Source: Camelus ferus
Lineage: Eukaryota
Direction of reading: 5' to 3'
NCBI RefSeq assembly: GCF_009834535.1
Contig: NC_045696.1
Coordinates: forward strand, 93,684,001-93,748,000
DNA length: 64,000 bases
The position numbers and the translations under genes are program-made. The notes beneath the pieces were generated by a model. It saw nothing but the letters and a program-made list of their open reading frames with translations. It had not been told where the DNA came from and made no database searches. Positions 1 through 14,154 of this stretch are shown piece after piece (position 1 is the first letter of the stretch; each line of letters starts with the position of its first letter).

Positions 1-163
1 ACTGCTTGATTCTTCATATCCCAAATATTTCTACATTCTCACTGACATCAAGAAATAATCTTTGTATCAAATAGATCTATAAGAACCTGGAGTAAAATGA
101 GAATACGGTTCAGAATAAATGATAAAGATTATAATGATTGTTAATGTTATTTAAAAGCTTACC

Positions 164-337
164 CTGTATAGCACAGGGAAATATACACAAAATGTTATGA
201 TAACTCACAGAGAAAAAAATGTGACAATGAGTGTGTATATGTCCATGAATAACTGAAAAATTGTGCTGAACACTGGAATTTGACACATTGTAAAATGATT
301 ATAAATCAATAAAAAATGTTAAAAAAAATAAAAAAAT
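164..337 (+). mobile_element. 5'-truncated young L1 3' end with A-rich tail
   Basis: L1 3'UTR closely matching the reverse complement of 20605-20775; TSD AAAAGCTTACC at 153-163 and 338-348; TT/AAAA endonuclease site. Confidence 0.85.
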
Positions 338-714
338 AAAAGCTTACCATGTGCCAGGCATTATGTTAAGCACTTCATATCATTTCACTTAACCTTAAGA
401 ATATCAGATAAAATAAGTAATTTTACTATCTCCATTTTATAGAGGCAAAAAAAGAGTTAAGAAACATATCTCATTTCAGAGTTACATATCTTAATCTCCT
501 CAGGATTAGACATGAAAATGTGTAGAAAAGCTTGTCAAATTTAACTTTATATAGTGCATTATAAACCCATTAAAATTTTATTTATGAAGCCTATATAATA
601 ATGGAAAATGCTTGTGATATGATAGAGTTGAAAGGAAGGTATACATGTTTAAATGAACTACATTATTACAACTATATAAAAAGAGACTTAATGAAAGACT
701 AAAAGAAGAAATCT

Positions 715-1225
715 TGTGGTAGGCAGAATTCTAAAGTGATCTCTGATGACCATTGCTCTTGGTGAAAACTGAATAGGATAGAATTTCACTCCTATGATTA
801 TATTATGTTACATGGCAAAAGAATTTTTGCAAATATAATTAAGGTTCCTAAGCAGTTGAGTTAATCAAAAGGAAGACTATTCTAATTAATTCTAATTAGA
901 TGAGTTTTCAAAAGAGGCTCTGAAGATGGAAGAGATGCTCCTGGTGACCTGGAAGAAAGCAAACATCTGTGTTGTGAACACCTGTGTAAGCCATGCGGCA
1001 AGACACTGTGGGCAGCCTCCAGCAGCTGAGAATGGTTCCTGGATGACACTTAGAAAATGAGGACCTTCATCATATAACCACAGTGAACTGAATTCTGACA
1101 ACAATCTTAAAAAGCTTGGAAGGGGACCTTGAGCCCAAGATGAGAACTGCAGCCCTGGACAAAACCTTGATTGTAGCCTTCTGAGACAGGAACAGAGATG
1201 CAGCTAAGTTATGCCAAGACCCCAA
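715..1225 (+). mobile_element. MaLR (MLT1-type) solo LTR
   Basis: Begins TGTGGTAGGCAGAATTCTAAAG; contains MLT1-like blocks (GCAGCCTCCAGCAGCTGAGA, ACCTTGATTGTAGCCTTCTGAGAC); bounds approximate. Confidence 0.65.
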
Positions 1226-1319
1226 ACTGTGCTTCAGTTTTCTCATCTGTAAAGTGGAGTTTACCTCATAGTGTTGTTTCAAGGATTAATGAGTTGATCC
1301 ATGTGAATTTCTTGAAACA

Positions 1320-2015
1320 GTGTTTCAGTTATATAACAAATTACCCCAAAGTTTAGCAGCTTAAAACAACAAACCTTTATCATCTCATGGTTTCTGAGTC
1401 AGAAATCCCAATACAGTTACCTGTGTCCTCTAGCTTAGGGTCTTTTCAAACACTGCAATCAAGGTATTGGGGGCTACAGTCAAGGCTTGACTGGGGAAGA
1501 AACAGCTGTCAAGTTCATTCATGTAGTTGTTGCAAGATTCAGTTCCTCTCAGATTGTTGAACTGAAGACCTCTGTTCAATGTTGGCGGTTTGACAGAAGT
1601 TACCTCTAGTTCCTTATCCCATGGGACTTTCCACACAACAGCTCACAACACAGCAGCTTGCTTCACCAGAGAAAGCAAGTGAGAGAGTATGAGCAAGATG
1701 GAGTGTGAGCAAGTCACAGAAGTCACAATGTCGTCATAACCTAATCTCAGAAGTGGAAGTCAGTCACGTTTGCTGTATTCTATTCACTAGAAGTAAGTTA
1801 CAAAGTCCAACCCACAATCAAAGGGGGGGATTACACAAGGGCATGAATACCAGGAGGCAAGAATCATTAAAAGCCATTTTTGAAGGCTGCCTGGAATGTG
1901 GGTATAGCTCAGTGATACAGCACATGCTTAGTACGTGCAAGGTCCAGGGTTCAATCCCCAATATCTCCATTAAAAAAATAAAAAAATAAAAAAAAAGAAG
2001 GCTGGCTACCCTCAC
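1320..2015 (-). mobile_element. MaLR (MLT1-type) LTR, interrupted near its end by a SINE
   Basis: ACAAATTACCCCAAAGTTTAGCAGCTTAAAACAAC start and CACAAGGGCATGAATACCAGGAGGCAA...GAAGGCTGCCT end resemble reverse MLT1. Confidence 0.65.
1893..1996 (+). mobile_element. tRNA-derived SINE (camelid Vic-1-like)
   Basis: A box TAGCTCAGTG, B box GGTTCAATCCC, A-rich tail; TSD GAAGGCTG(C/G)CT at 1882-1892 and 1997-2007. Confidence 0.85.
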
Positions 2016-2149
2016 GTGCTTGAAACAATAGCCAACAACAAACTTTAGCCATTATTGCTATATTTAACTGCTTTTAATAATAAGCTAAGCACACACAAAA
2101 AATAATAATAGCAAGATGGCTTTTGGTAGGCCTAAGAAACAAGTTTAAT

Positions 2150-2960
2150 AAATATTTATTGAATACTATGTGCCAGACACTATGCTGAAAAGTAAGGATA
2201 CAAAGATAAGTGGAGCATGGATACTTACCCTTTAAGGAGTGAATGGTCTAGTTGGGGAGAAAAATCTCAAAAAAGTCATTTGGTGTGATGAAAGTAGGTG
2301 TACATTTTAGTGGGGCTACAAAGAAGAGAGTGAATGGTCATAAAAATTGAAGTGATGTTTGAGCTAAGTTCTGAACAATATGGAAAAGTGTTCACAAGAC
2401 TGTGAAAAGAGCATTGCAAGGAGAGAGAATGCCATGGATAAAGATAAGAACAGACAAAAGAGCTTGACATGTTTGGGGAACTACTGGTTGAGCAGTATGG
2501 CTGGAGAGGAGCAATATGTTAAGTCTTCAAAGAAAGTATAGCTTTCTGGATGTGAGAAAATTAGGGTTTAGCTTATAATGTGAATATGAAGACTTAGAGA
2601 TAGGACATCTAGGTGTAGACAGGGAAGTTACATACAGGTTTCTAGCTTAAGGGGGGTTTTTGATTTGGAGAAGTAGTCTTCAGAATTATCAGCAATTGGG
2701 TGTTAATTGAAATCCTAGAAATAGGTTAAGTTTCCTGCAGAAAGTGTGTAGAATAATTACAGAATGGGCTTGTATTAGGAACCTTAGAAAAAAAACAATA
2801 TTTAAAGGGAAAGATAAAGGCACAGGAAAAAGAAAGAACAGTCAGAAGAGTGAAACAATCAGGAAAGCATGATGTCTTTAGGAGCTAAAGGAGCAAAAAT
2901 GTTCAAGACATAGGGAGTGGTCAACAGTGCCAAATGACATGGAAAGAGCAAGGAAGAGAG
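2150..2960 (-). mobile_element. Degenerate L2 fragment
   Basis: AATATTTATTGAATACTATGTGCCAGACACT is the reverse L2 3' end, followed by purine-rich L2-like sequence. Confidence 0.55.
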
Positions 2961-3227
2961 ACCAAGCAAAATGTAGACGTTCAAAAGGAATCCAACTTAG
3001 GAGGCAGAAAGGAAAATGTCAATTATCAATTTATACCACAATTGTTAAGTCCATCAGACTTCTATGATCAGTACTATTTTGCTTACTTTCCAGATGTACA
3101 CTGGACTGGTAACTTGCCAAATATCACACAGCTAGTGGACCATGTAGCCAATGTTGATCCCAGTTTTCAGACCGTAAAGCTCACTCTTGAACCCTGAACA
3201 GAAACTAAAGTTTAGGTAAAATTGGTA

Positions 3228-3679
3228 TTGTGATTTAAATTATGGCCTCTCGAATGACATGTCTACATCCTAACCCTTGGAATCTGTGAATGTGACCTTA
3301 TTTGGAAAAAGGGTCTTTGTGGATGTAATTAAGTAAAGAATCTCAAGATGAAATCATTCAGTATTATCCAGGTGGGTCTTAAATCCATTAAAGCCATTTT
3401 TATAGGAAATGCACAAGGAAGAGATCCTCAAGGAGAAGAGGAGAGGGCCGTGTGAAGACAGGGGCTGAAACTGGAGTGATGCAGCCACGCAGTAGGTAAT
3501 GCCTGGGGCCACCAGCATCTGGAAGAGGCACAGAAGGAGTCTCTCCTAGACCACTTAGGAGCACAGCCCAGTCTGCACTTTGATTTCATATTTTGAGCGT
3601 CCAGAACTGTGAGAATAAATTTCTGTTGTTTTAAACCACCAAGTATGTGATAATTTGCTATGGCAGCCTTAGGAAACTA
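3228..3679 (+). mobile_element. MaLR (MLT1B/C-like) solo LTR
   Basis: GTGAATGTGACCTTATTTGGAAAAAGGGTCTTTG ... CCAGAACTGTGAGAATAAATTTCTGTTGTTTTAAACCACC ... GGCAGCCTTAGGAAACTA. Confidence 0.75.
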
Positions 3680-3876
3680 CAGTTGACCTTTCAGCAATTC
3701 AGGAGGTAGGGGGAACTGACACCTCACTCAGTTGAAAATCCAAGTATAACTTTATAGTCTGACCTCTGTACCTCAGCTCTGCATCCCCGGAATCAACCAG
3801 CCATGAACTGTGTAGTACTGCAGTGTTTACTGAAAAAAATCTGCAATTCAAACCCATGTTTCTCAAGGGTCAACTG
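3680..3876 (+). mobile_element. Tigger2-family (Tc1/mariner) non-autonomous element
   Basis: Terminal inverted repeats CAGTTGACCTTT and AAGGGTCAACTG; TA immediately left; sits at the end of the MLT1 LTR. Confidence 0.75.
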
Positions 3877-3887
3877 TTACATAGTTG

Positions 3888-4188
3888 GTGTCTTAGCTTG
3901 AGCTGCAATAATAAAATACCATCAACTGTCTGCCTTATCGACAACAGGAACATATTTTCTCTCAGTTGTGAAGGGTGCAAGTCTAAGATCATGGTGCCAG
4001 CCTGATCTGGTTCTGGTGAGAGCCCTCTTCCAGAATCTCTTCTATAAGGACACTAACCCCACTCATGATGGCTCCACTCTCATAACCTTATCATTTTCTA
4101 AAGGCTCTCTATCTCCTAATACCATCCCACTTGGTGTAGGATTTTAACATATTTATTTTGGGAAGATACAAATTTTCGATCTATAATA
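3888..4188 (-). mobile_element. MaLR (MLT1A-like) LTR remnant
   Basis: TGTCTTAGCTTGAGCTGCAATAATAAAATACC ... TCTGGTGAGAGCCCTCTTCC ... TAAGGACACTAACCCCACTCATGA. Confidence 0.6.
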
Positions 4189-5875
4189 ATTGGTAAAGGT
4201 GTTTTTTGTTGTTGCTGCTGTTTTGGGTTTTTTGGGGTTTTTTGGGGGGGTAGCCACATTTTAGAAGAAAGAGTCATTCCAAGGAAAAAGGAATTAGATT
4301 AAGGAAATGAACCATTTTTAAAGTAAATCTTGATTACTATGCACATTTTTAGAGGATCAAAGGCATTTTATCATTTGAACTTAATATCATTGGTATAGCT
4401 AAACCTCATAATGAACCATCAAAACAGTGGCTTTCAACTAAAGCTTTTGATTATAATTAATAACAGATGTTTCAGAAAAACAATATTTTCTTTTAAAATT
4501 TTAGTACTTTACAGCAGTAATCAACTATGTCTTTTTAAATCACGTTTAACCAGATTTTTTTCAAGAAACATCATTTATTCAACAACATTGAGATATTGTA
4601 GCATCATATAAAACTGACTTTAGTTTTACTACTAGAAAGCATGTTGGTAATCCAAATTAAGAAGGAGTAAGTGGTGATCTCCAACCAATATTTTCCCAGT
4701 TAGTTCAATTTAAGATTTCTAGCATATTAAGGGGAGAAACTCCATTTTTAATTTTCAAGTTTATTGTAATTATAACTTCTTTTTCTATGTCAATATGTTT
4801 TCATTGTTGGGGCACCAAAGATAATACATATTCTGCTTCAGAGGTCATTTAGAGAATTCACATTACTCTTACCAAATTCATAAAGGATAAATAATTTTGA
4901 TATGTGACTTCATTCCCTTTTACTATTTGACATCATGACAAATCCTGATTTTAAACACCATAACTCACTCAGCATAATTATGCCCTATTTTATAGCTTGC
5001 TACATTGTATTTGAAAAGTACATTATTCATAGTAGTCTGAAAACATTCGTAGGATAAATGTGACTGCATTAATTTAGTTAACAATGCTTCAAGCGAAGTG
5101 CAGATAGTATTAAAATTGATGTTTTCTTTGCTAGCAACACACACACATTATAGCAAATATAAAAGGAATTATTTATTTTGAAGGTTAGTCATGTTATACT
5201 AGTATCCAACAAGTAGTGAGATAAATATCAGAAATTAGATATATTTTAATGCAACATAAAATTAAAAAAATAGGAGATGGGATTTGTGCATGAAAAAGAA
5301 GTACATTTTTACCCTCAAGATAATTTTAAGGTAGTATGGTGTTAATGGAAAGACTATAAACCTTCTACTCAAACAGATATGATTTTCAGTTTTTGCTCCA
5401 CTACTAACTAACTGAATGATAGAGCATATAGTAATTGATCTCTATGAGACTTTTTATGCTTATCTGCATAATGGGAAAGTACTTACTAGCTTCTGGGCCA
5501 CTATGAAAATTGAATGTAGTAAGTGAGTAGGGCAGCTAATAGTGACTGACAGGTGGCAAATAATCATTACATGGTTGATGTTATTACTGCTGCTGTTGTT
5601 GAATCTACCTTTAGAATCTGAAATGTTGACAGGACAATTGCATGATTTGGGAATCTTCTTAGATATGATATCATTTCTCAACCTCTCTTCTCAGATTTTG
5701 CTACCGTTTCTTTGCAAATTTACCTAATTGCTTATAGGTTCTATTACAGAGAATTAATCACAACCTTGAGGTGTCTTGTACAACTGACAGTATCATTATC
5801 ATGTGGCTTTTTAATGTTTTTAAGCAACCAAACTCACTTAAGAGATATGGATCCATAATAAATGAAGACTGATAC

Positions 5876-6500
5876 ACAGTTGACCCTTGGATAATGCAGG
5901 GGTAATAATGCTGCCTCCCAACACAGTTGAAAATTAGCAAATAACTTTTGACTCTCCCAAAACTTAACTACTAATACCCTACTGTAGACTGGAAGCGTTA
6001 CTGATAATATAAATCATCAATTAATACTTATTTTGTATGTTATATGTATTATATACTGTATTCTTACAATAAAGTGAGCTAGAGAAAGGAAATTTTATTA
6101 AGAAAATCATCAGGAAGAGAAAAATTCATTTACAGCATTCTGCTGTATTTATAGATGCCATAAGTTTACATCATCTATTTACAATATATCACCCATCAGT
6201 ACCCATTTCAATATTGTCTTATACGATACAAAACATTGTATATGTTATACATACTCCTAACACTAAACATTAAAAATGAAAGGATGATGTGATAAAGAAA
6301 TTCTTATTTATTTACAGGTATAGCGACTGATTGATAATGAAGAAGCAGCAATATGATTGTTTTATGGTAGCCTATATAATTAATATAATTGTTTCACTGT
6401 AACCTAGGTATGCAATAATGGGTGAATTATAAAAATTTTATGGCATACAGTACTATAATCATATTCATAACACAAGATTAGAAACATTGTTACTTTTTTT
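5876..6500 (+). mobile_element. Tigger2-family left-end fragment
   Basis: CAGTTGACCCTTGGATAA TIR, then ATAACTTTTGACTCTCCCAAAACTTAACTACTAAT and GAAAATCATCAGGAAGAG; right end approximate. Confidence 0.65.
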
Positions 6501-7656
6501 AAAACCACTGTGCAATCCCTTTGAAAAAAATGATTAAACTCTTGAACTCAACGTACTAGATATGTTTGTAAATAAACTTATGGCATAAAAAAAAAGAGTT
6601 TTAACAGACAGCAACTAATCTAAATGCTAGCCTAGTCTTTCTGGATCCTGATTAAACAATCTGCTAAAGAGAAAGAAAAGGAGAGAGAGAGATTAAATGG
6701 AGATAAAGAGAGAGAGAGGATTAGGCAATTGGAAAAATATAAATCCAGTCTATATACTTGATGCAATAGGACTTTTTAATATTTTAGGTGTAATCATGGT
6801 ATTGAGGTTATGTTTAAAAGAGCAATCTTTATGTTTGAGAGATACATACTAAATTATTTACAGATAGAAAGACATGATATTTGGAATCTCTTTCAAAATA
6901 ATGTTGAAGGAACTGGTGGAGCATAGATCAAACAAGTTTGGCCATAAATTGATCTTTGTTGAAAGTGGATGATGGAGATTAATTATTCTATTTTCTCTAT
7001 TTGTAATGTAGAAATATTTCCATAAAATTTTTTATATAGTGACCTTGATGACATTCTTTTTGGATGAATTTTTAGAGTTAGATCACAATTCTGAACATAT
7101 TCAAAAGTATTAAGAGGAAAGAATGTTGCTATGACCCCTGCCTTACAGTTTTGATATGAGGTTACAAATAGTACACAAAAGTGCCTAGTCATTAACTTGC
7201 AAATCAAAGTTGCCCAATAAATAATGGTTATTATTATTATATGTTTGACCACTGTAGCAACCAGAACAAGTGCTACTGAAAAGACAAAGCAGAATCTTCC
7301 TGGAAATGTGGTAAACTGAGATTATGCCAGAAGAGCATCCCTTCACAAAATAGAGGAGAAGCAATTCCCCAAAAGGAGAAGGAAAACTGGTGTGTTTCAC
7401 CACAGGTAGGAGAACAGATGCTCGGTAGCAAAAAAACAAACATCCACCATACAAAGGAAACAGGGAACTTCTGTTGTGAGCCTAGGACCTGCCTTTATAT
7501 AAACTAAGGATTCTGTATTGACAGGGTACCATTAGTAATATTTAAGTTACATCCTAAATCCAAACTAAATCTTTCTTTTTCATTCAAATAACTTAATTGG
7601 AGAATAATCAGAAAATTAAAGATTTTCTTTTAAATCAATTCCTTTTTAAAACGAAT

Positions 7657-7850
7657 TTATTTTTTTATTTAGTTATAGTCAGTTTGCAATGTTGTGTCAA
7701 TTTCTGGTGTACAGCACAATTTTTCAGTCATACATGAATATACATACATTCATTCATATTCTTTTTCACTGTGAGCTACTACTACAAGATTTTGAATATA
7801 TTTCCCTGTGCTATATATACAGTATAAACTTATTTATCTATCCTATATAC
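7657..7850 (-). mobile_element. Truncated L1 3' end
   Basis: T-rich tail, then GTGTCAATTTCTGGTGTACAGCAC...TTCCCTGTGCTATA as in the other L1 3'UTRs here. Confidence 0.75.
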
Positions 7851-8989
7851 CCGTCACAAACTAAATCTTTATGTAAAGATTTAGAGTACATATAATGGTG
7901 ACTAATTTTAGTCAGATTGCACAGTTTATTTAGAATTTTAAGTTGAGTTCTTAAAGATACACATCATTATCTTCCTTCTGTCAATTTGAGGATGTGTCAA
8001 CTTCTCACAACATATATAAACAGTAAAATTTTCACCATCAAAACTATAGGATAACTTTTAATGATGTGTCTGTAGTCATATATATAGAGAGAGAGACCAC
8101 AATTTGTTACAAACGTAAAAAGTAACTACAATGAAGAAAACGAAAAACTAAATATTTTAAATTATGTTCATATAATTTGAACTTACAATATTCTGTTCTG
8201 GAAAGAAAAAGTTGACTTTTTAGATGGTTAAGATTTCAGAAGCTCTTGATTTCTTCCAGAAGGCAGTCTGTGTCAGAAGACATCACTACAGTGATAATTA
8301 TATAGGTAATGATTAAATACAAATTTCTATTTACTGAAGGCCTCACTAAAAAAATTGTTCAAAATGTATAGGAGGAACTTGGAGTAAATTAGTTAAAAGT
8401 TGCAACCCACTGACTTGGCAGATACTCATCAGACTCTTCCCTTCTCCAAGCACTGTTCTAGATCCTCAGTATACAATGACAAACAAGACACAGTACCGTT
8501 CCCCTCCTAGAGTGCACAGTGAAGAAGAGAAGACCTCTGACCACAGAACCACCGGATGATATAATAAACGTGTTGACAAAGGCACATACTCAATACCGTG
8601 CAAGGTGGAAAAGAGATGCTGAGATTTTCTCAGGGGGCAGGAGTAAGGAGAGTTGAGGAGAATAGAGAGTAAGTAGGAGAAGCACAGTTGCCTGTAAAAG
8701 AGAGCCATTAGATTACACACTGCAAATTAATAATTCAAACTTGTAGAGTCATGGCCACATAATACACGTATTTTTAGAAAGATTACTCTGGCAGCAGTGT
8801 GCAAATGGGTTGGAGTTGGTGAGACTGGAAGCGAGAACACAGGAAGAAAGATACCTCTAAGAGGGGAGAATTAGGACAGACAGGTAAACGGAGAGGAAAG
8901 TCAGATGTGAGGACATTTGGAAGGCAGGATTCAGGAGACTGAGTGAGCAAAAACAGGGGGATGGAGTAAGAGAAGTGGCTAACGGAAAT

Positions 8990-9147
8990 ACAGCATCAAC
9001 ATCTCCTGGGAACTTTTAAGAAATATAAATTCTCAGGCCTGACTCCAGCCGTTCTGAATAAGAAATCCTGGATATTAGGCCCAGTGCTCCGTGTTTAAGA
9101 AGCCCCCCACCCCAGGTGATTCTGATGCATGCTGAAGTTTGGAAAAC
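8990..9147. mobile_element. MER5A-like hAT relic
   Basis: CAGCATC...CCTGGGAACTT...AAATTCTCAGGCC...CCAGGTGATTCTGATGCATGCTGAAGTTTGG. Confidence 0.6.
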
Positions 9148-9469
9148 ACCTGCAGCTTATTGGTTCTCAAAAATAGCTGCACGTGAGAATTGACTGGGAC
9201 GCTTAGAAAAGGAAAACTCCCACCCCAGCGATGCTGGTTTCGTTGGGCCAGCCTATGACCCAAACAACAGGATTCTTAAACGTTTTCCGAAGTGATTTCA
9301 GTGTGTGTGCACTGTGGTCGACTGCTGGTTCTGGTGGGGAGGCTGAGTGGATAGAGCTGATACTCACCAAGGAAAGGGGAAGATTTGAGGAAAAGTCTCG
9401 TTACCATTTTCCCAGACTAACTATATCTCTGAATTCATCAGTGCTCCCTCTTTGTTTAGCCCACATCCT

Positions 9470-9700
9470 TCATGTAGTGGTTAAGTACACAGGCTACCTG
9501 GTTTCAAATCCTAGCTTCACCACTTGCTAGCTCTGTTGGACTTAGGCAACTTACTTAACTTCTCTGTGCCTCAGCTTCCCCGTCTTTTAGTGGGAATAAT
9601 AATAGAAGCTACCTCTTAGGACTGACTGAGGATTGAATGCATTAATAATTGTAAAGTTCTTGGAACAGTGCCTGGCACATGGTAAGTGCCATGTAAGTGT
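9470..9700 (+). mobile_element. MIR SINE
   Basis: Core TTCAAATCCTAGCTTCACCACTT...GGCAACTTACTTAACTTCTCTGTGCCTCAG...AACAGTGCCTGGCACATGGTAAGTG. Confidence 0.8.
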
Positions 9701-12700
9701 CAAATAAAATTTTTTTAAAGATTTGCATAGAACATTTGGTGTAAACCAAGAGGCAAGTCAAGGGCTTCCTAGTATGAGGAAGATAATTTGCATCAGGTGA
9801 GCCTCCCTTGTGCCTCTAGGAGACATCTGCAACATTGCAACCCCTGTAACTAGACTGCCAAGGTCTTCAAGACATGTACTCATCTTTGTATTCTCACTTT
9901 CTAGCACAATGCCTAACCCATGGTAATTACTCAATAAATATTCATTGAATAAATGAAATAATGATGAATTCTTCATTTCATTTATTAATTTTTACTTTAT
10001 ATAGAAAATAAGATCTCATATGGTATCTTCCAGGAGGAAATAACCTTTTGGGATCATGGTTTAAGCCAACAAGTCGCTAAATGATGGTAGAAGATAAACG
10101 AGACTATACTACACATCTTACTTCATTCAGCTCTAGCCAGAAAATCAGGTGGGTCTGGGCCTACAGAAGGATCTGTCAGATTCTGGGAGGGGCAGAGGCA
10201 GGGAAACGAGGTTGGGACTGACATTTGGAGTGGAAGAGGGAAAAAAACTTGGACAACCAGAAAGTCATTGTGAGACAGCTTTCATTAGCCTAGCAGAAGA
10301 ATAGGGCAATTTCAAAATCTCAGAAATGCTGCCAAAAAATTAAAGCATTATTTAAGGCTTGATGGACTTGGAATCAGGGCCAGCCCTGCCATTAGCTAGC
10401 TCCTATCTTTGAATGAGTCACCTAGCTTTTCGAAGCCTCAGTTTCCTCCTCTCCAAAGTAAGACACTGACTAATGATCTGAAAGGTCATTTGCAGTTCTG
10501 TAGTTCTTTGATTCTAACAGCAGACTGAAAATTTAAGCTCGTCCAAGGAAAAATAAAATACTCTCTTTTCAATTCATGGAGCTATTTTGTGGGGATACTG
10601 TATCTCCTTTCTGTGTGCAAAAATACTATCTACTCCTGAAATTCATTCTGTGTTTTAGATTTTCATTTGTAGTGACATGGACTGACACCCAGTTTAGGAT
10701 AATCACTAAAAAATAGAGCTTAATGCACTAGACCAAATTTATTTTTAACTTTGAGTCACCCATCACAGCGCTGTAATAGCAACATGCTATGAAAATCCTA
10801 ACGCTGTCTAAAGTCTTTGTAGAAACTAGCTTGAAAACATTATAACACCTATTTAGTTCTTGAGCAATTTATTAGTAAAACTTATAAGGCTGTACCTTTC
10901 ATCTGAGTTATAGTTGCTCTCTAGACTTACAAAAAACAAAACAGAACAAACACAAAGCTCAACCACTAACTCTGAAGTGGGTAGGTAAGAAGAATGAGTC
11001 ACAGTTCTATGACTTGCATCTTTCAATGCAAATTGCACAAAGTACACCTAGGAATTTGTGTCAAACTCAGGTTTAAATGGTGAGAACTGATTTATCTATT
11101 TATTTGGTTCACAAAGGCTCAGTGCCTCCAGGCGATCAATCTAGCTCTTTGCAGAAAGACATCAGTTATTTGAGATTTTTACCACAAAACCTACTATGTC
11201 CCCAGTGTGCTATCTCTGATTGTTAAATGAAGTCTCAGTTGGCAGAAAAGTTCTTCATACTAGAGCTCTTGATTGCTTCAGAGAAATACTTCATTAGATT
11301 CTAAAGCGCTCAAGCCATACTTCCAAAGCACAGGCAAGCATCCAGAGTCTCCGTCAAAAATTACTTACAGCCCAGCTACTATTGGGCCATAAAAGGTATA
11401 GCCTCAGAACCACAGAGTTAAGGTAGAAACCAGTTCTTTATTCTGCTAACTCCAAAAGGGATGTTATCCATGTTATCAAGATCTCTAATGCCCCACAAAA
11501 TATCATGTGTCTGCTGTCAACATCGACTTCAGATAAACACTGCAAGCATGAAACTAGTTTCCAGCAACTGTAAGCCAGTTCTTGCTTCACATAGAGCTGG
11601 GGCTTGTCATTCTCAATGCAACATTTATCATACTGAGTATTTCTAAGCAATCCAGAAGGTTTATGCCACATACTAATTTGCTGATAGTTTTGCCCAGTTG
11701 GTACATGAGTCTTTTGTGTAGGAGTGAGACATTAAGCTAGTAAATAAATCTAGTTGAACACACAGCATCTCAAGCTCTACAACAGTTTTGTTGTTACCTA
11801 CTCATAATCTTAAAAACATTGTTCTCTATTAAAAATCTCCTCTGAAAGAGAATCAGATGCTCATGATGGTGATTCAAGTGGAGAGAATCATAATCTTCTC
11901 AAAAAGAGATACATAGTTCCTGTCCAGAAAACATTTCTTTGGGGGAATTATCTTAGTATATGTCTTAGAAAATTACTGTTGTGTACATATTGAAAATTTT
12001 GAAATGTAGGTATTGCAAATGTTAAGGGTCTGTTTCACATGCAAAAGGCAAATGATAGTGAACATTGGTAACTGTTAAATTGACTGTACTAACACAAGAG
12101 TAAACATGTTCACAATGTAGTGAAATTGGTTAGTAACCTGTAAGTCACTTTACAAATAAAAAAAAATTAAGAGCTATGTAGAGAAAAATACTGAGGCGCA
12201 TCATCGTTTAAGGGTGCTGGAGTGTAACAAAAAGATAAAGAGACCATTTCTGTAATCCTTCAGAGAAAACAAAAAGTTCTAGTTATATTTTTGCCTCTGT
12301 GTCATTCATATTTCCATAAGTTCCTAAAAGGGAATTCTGTGTTTGGAAGAGCTACATGAGAAACAAAAAGAGAGAGAAAGACAGGGAGATAGAGAGAGAA
12401 ACACCCTAAAGATCTAGAAGTTTTGTATATTGCATGTATTTAATTGTAGACAAGTGGAGCTATAGAAATAACACTTCATAGCCGTATAGTATGTTTGCTG
12501 TCTTTTCAATAAACTGATGGGAGTTGTATGTTAGTTAATGGCTATGCTAGCAGTATGGTAAAACTCTCTTCTAAAGATGTATTTGAGAGAGACAAGTGTA
12601 TTTTGGGGCTTATATTCATCAAATGTTAACCAGCCTGAAACTTTATTACTGTAACATGTGTCCCAGAATCTTGTAAAATAAGTGTAAATTTACTGATAAC

Positions 12701-14154
12701 ATCAACACCTCAGCTGAAAGCTTGTATTTCTATGTCTAAAGATGCATTACTTTCTTTAATGAAATCCAAGAAATGGATTCTAGAATCATAGATTTTTTTC
12801 AGAATTGGAAGAGGCTTTCTGTGTCATTCAGTCTAACCTTCAACTGAAATTATGAATTGTCTCTAAAATGTTCCAGGCCAGTGGGAACCCAGATGCTCTT
12901 TGGACACTTCCCAAGATAGGGAATCTCACTGCTTCAGGAGAGCTTCATTTGAATTTCAAGGAGTTCCCATGGGTTCTTTAAAAAATTCATATATTCACTT
13001 TAAATCTGTCTCTTTCTAATTTCTACAGCTAAGTCCTATTTCTCCATATAGAGAATCAAAGATAAATCTAATCCCAGTTCCACATGAAAACCCCATAAAT
13101 GTTCAGAGATGGCTATCATAAGTAAAGCACTTGGAAGACACTCTAGCACATAATAACCATTTAATAAGTGCAAGCTATTACAATTTTTATCATCAAAACC
13201 CTAAAAATGTTTCTTTCCCAGACTTTCCATACCTAGTTTCTTCAAAATTCTTTTATTTAGAATGCATTAAAGACCCCTCTCAATGTCACCTTCAAGCTGC
13301 ATGCAGGATACTCAGATTCTTCTCAGAGAGATTGAGGATCTGATCTAATGTGACAGGATGCTGTGACTCTACCTTTGTTTTTTCATCTTTTTTTCTTTGT
13401 ATACAAGGGCATCTTAGTTCAACTCAGTAAAATAAATATTTATTGAGTGCCTACTCTATGCATGACAAAATACAATCTGAAGTCTTCCTACCAGGTGGTC
13501 CTGAGAGAAGAGAAAGTCATCATGAAGATTTTCCTTTGCTCTTTTATAATCATTATTTATAGAACTATTTATTCATTACCAGTGCATATTAAAATCCATT
13601 TTTATGCTTAATATTAATCAGTTCTCTTACCAACTGATACTATTCATTGGCTATATTATAAGTATTTATGAAACACAAATATTAGTTTTTTTAATAGGCC
13701 AAATCCCATTAAAACTAAACTCTATAAAGTAATATTTCAGGCTTCATTCTGACAATCCTCTAAGAAGATTCCAAGAATTCCAGTATAAAGACAGAATTGG
13801 TAGAAATCCTGTCAAGTATTTTAAAATTTTTACTCTAGGACATGAGAACAACATAGGCTCTTTCCTTTCACTTGAAGCAAGTAAATCCTTGAGTTCTGTA
13901 TGTTTAAGTTGTGTTTCGTGATCATTATTATCTTCAAACTGTTCTTTAAAGTGTTTATTAGAAGGACTTCCAATCAATGATAGTGGTGAAAATGTATTTC
14001 TACTCAGCTCTCCTCTACAAAACCAACTACTCCTTCCTCAAGAAAGGGGAATGAAAAAATAGGGAATGAAACTCCATCTTTAATGAAGTTGTCCAGTGCA
14101 GGGAATTTTGTACTGGAGGTAGTGGGAGGGTGACAAGAGCAAACACACGTCTGT

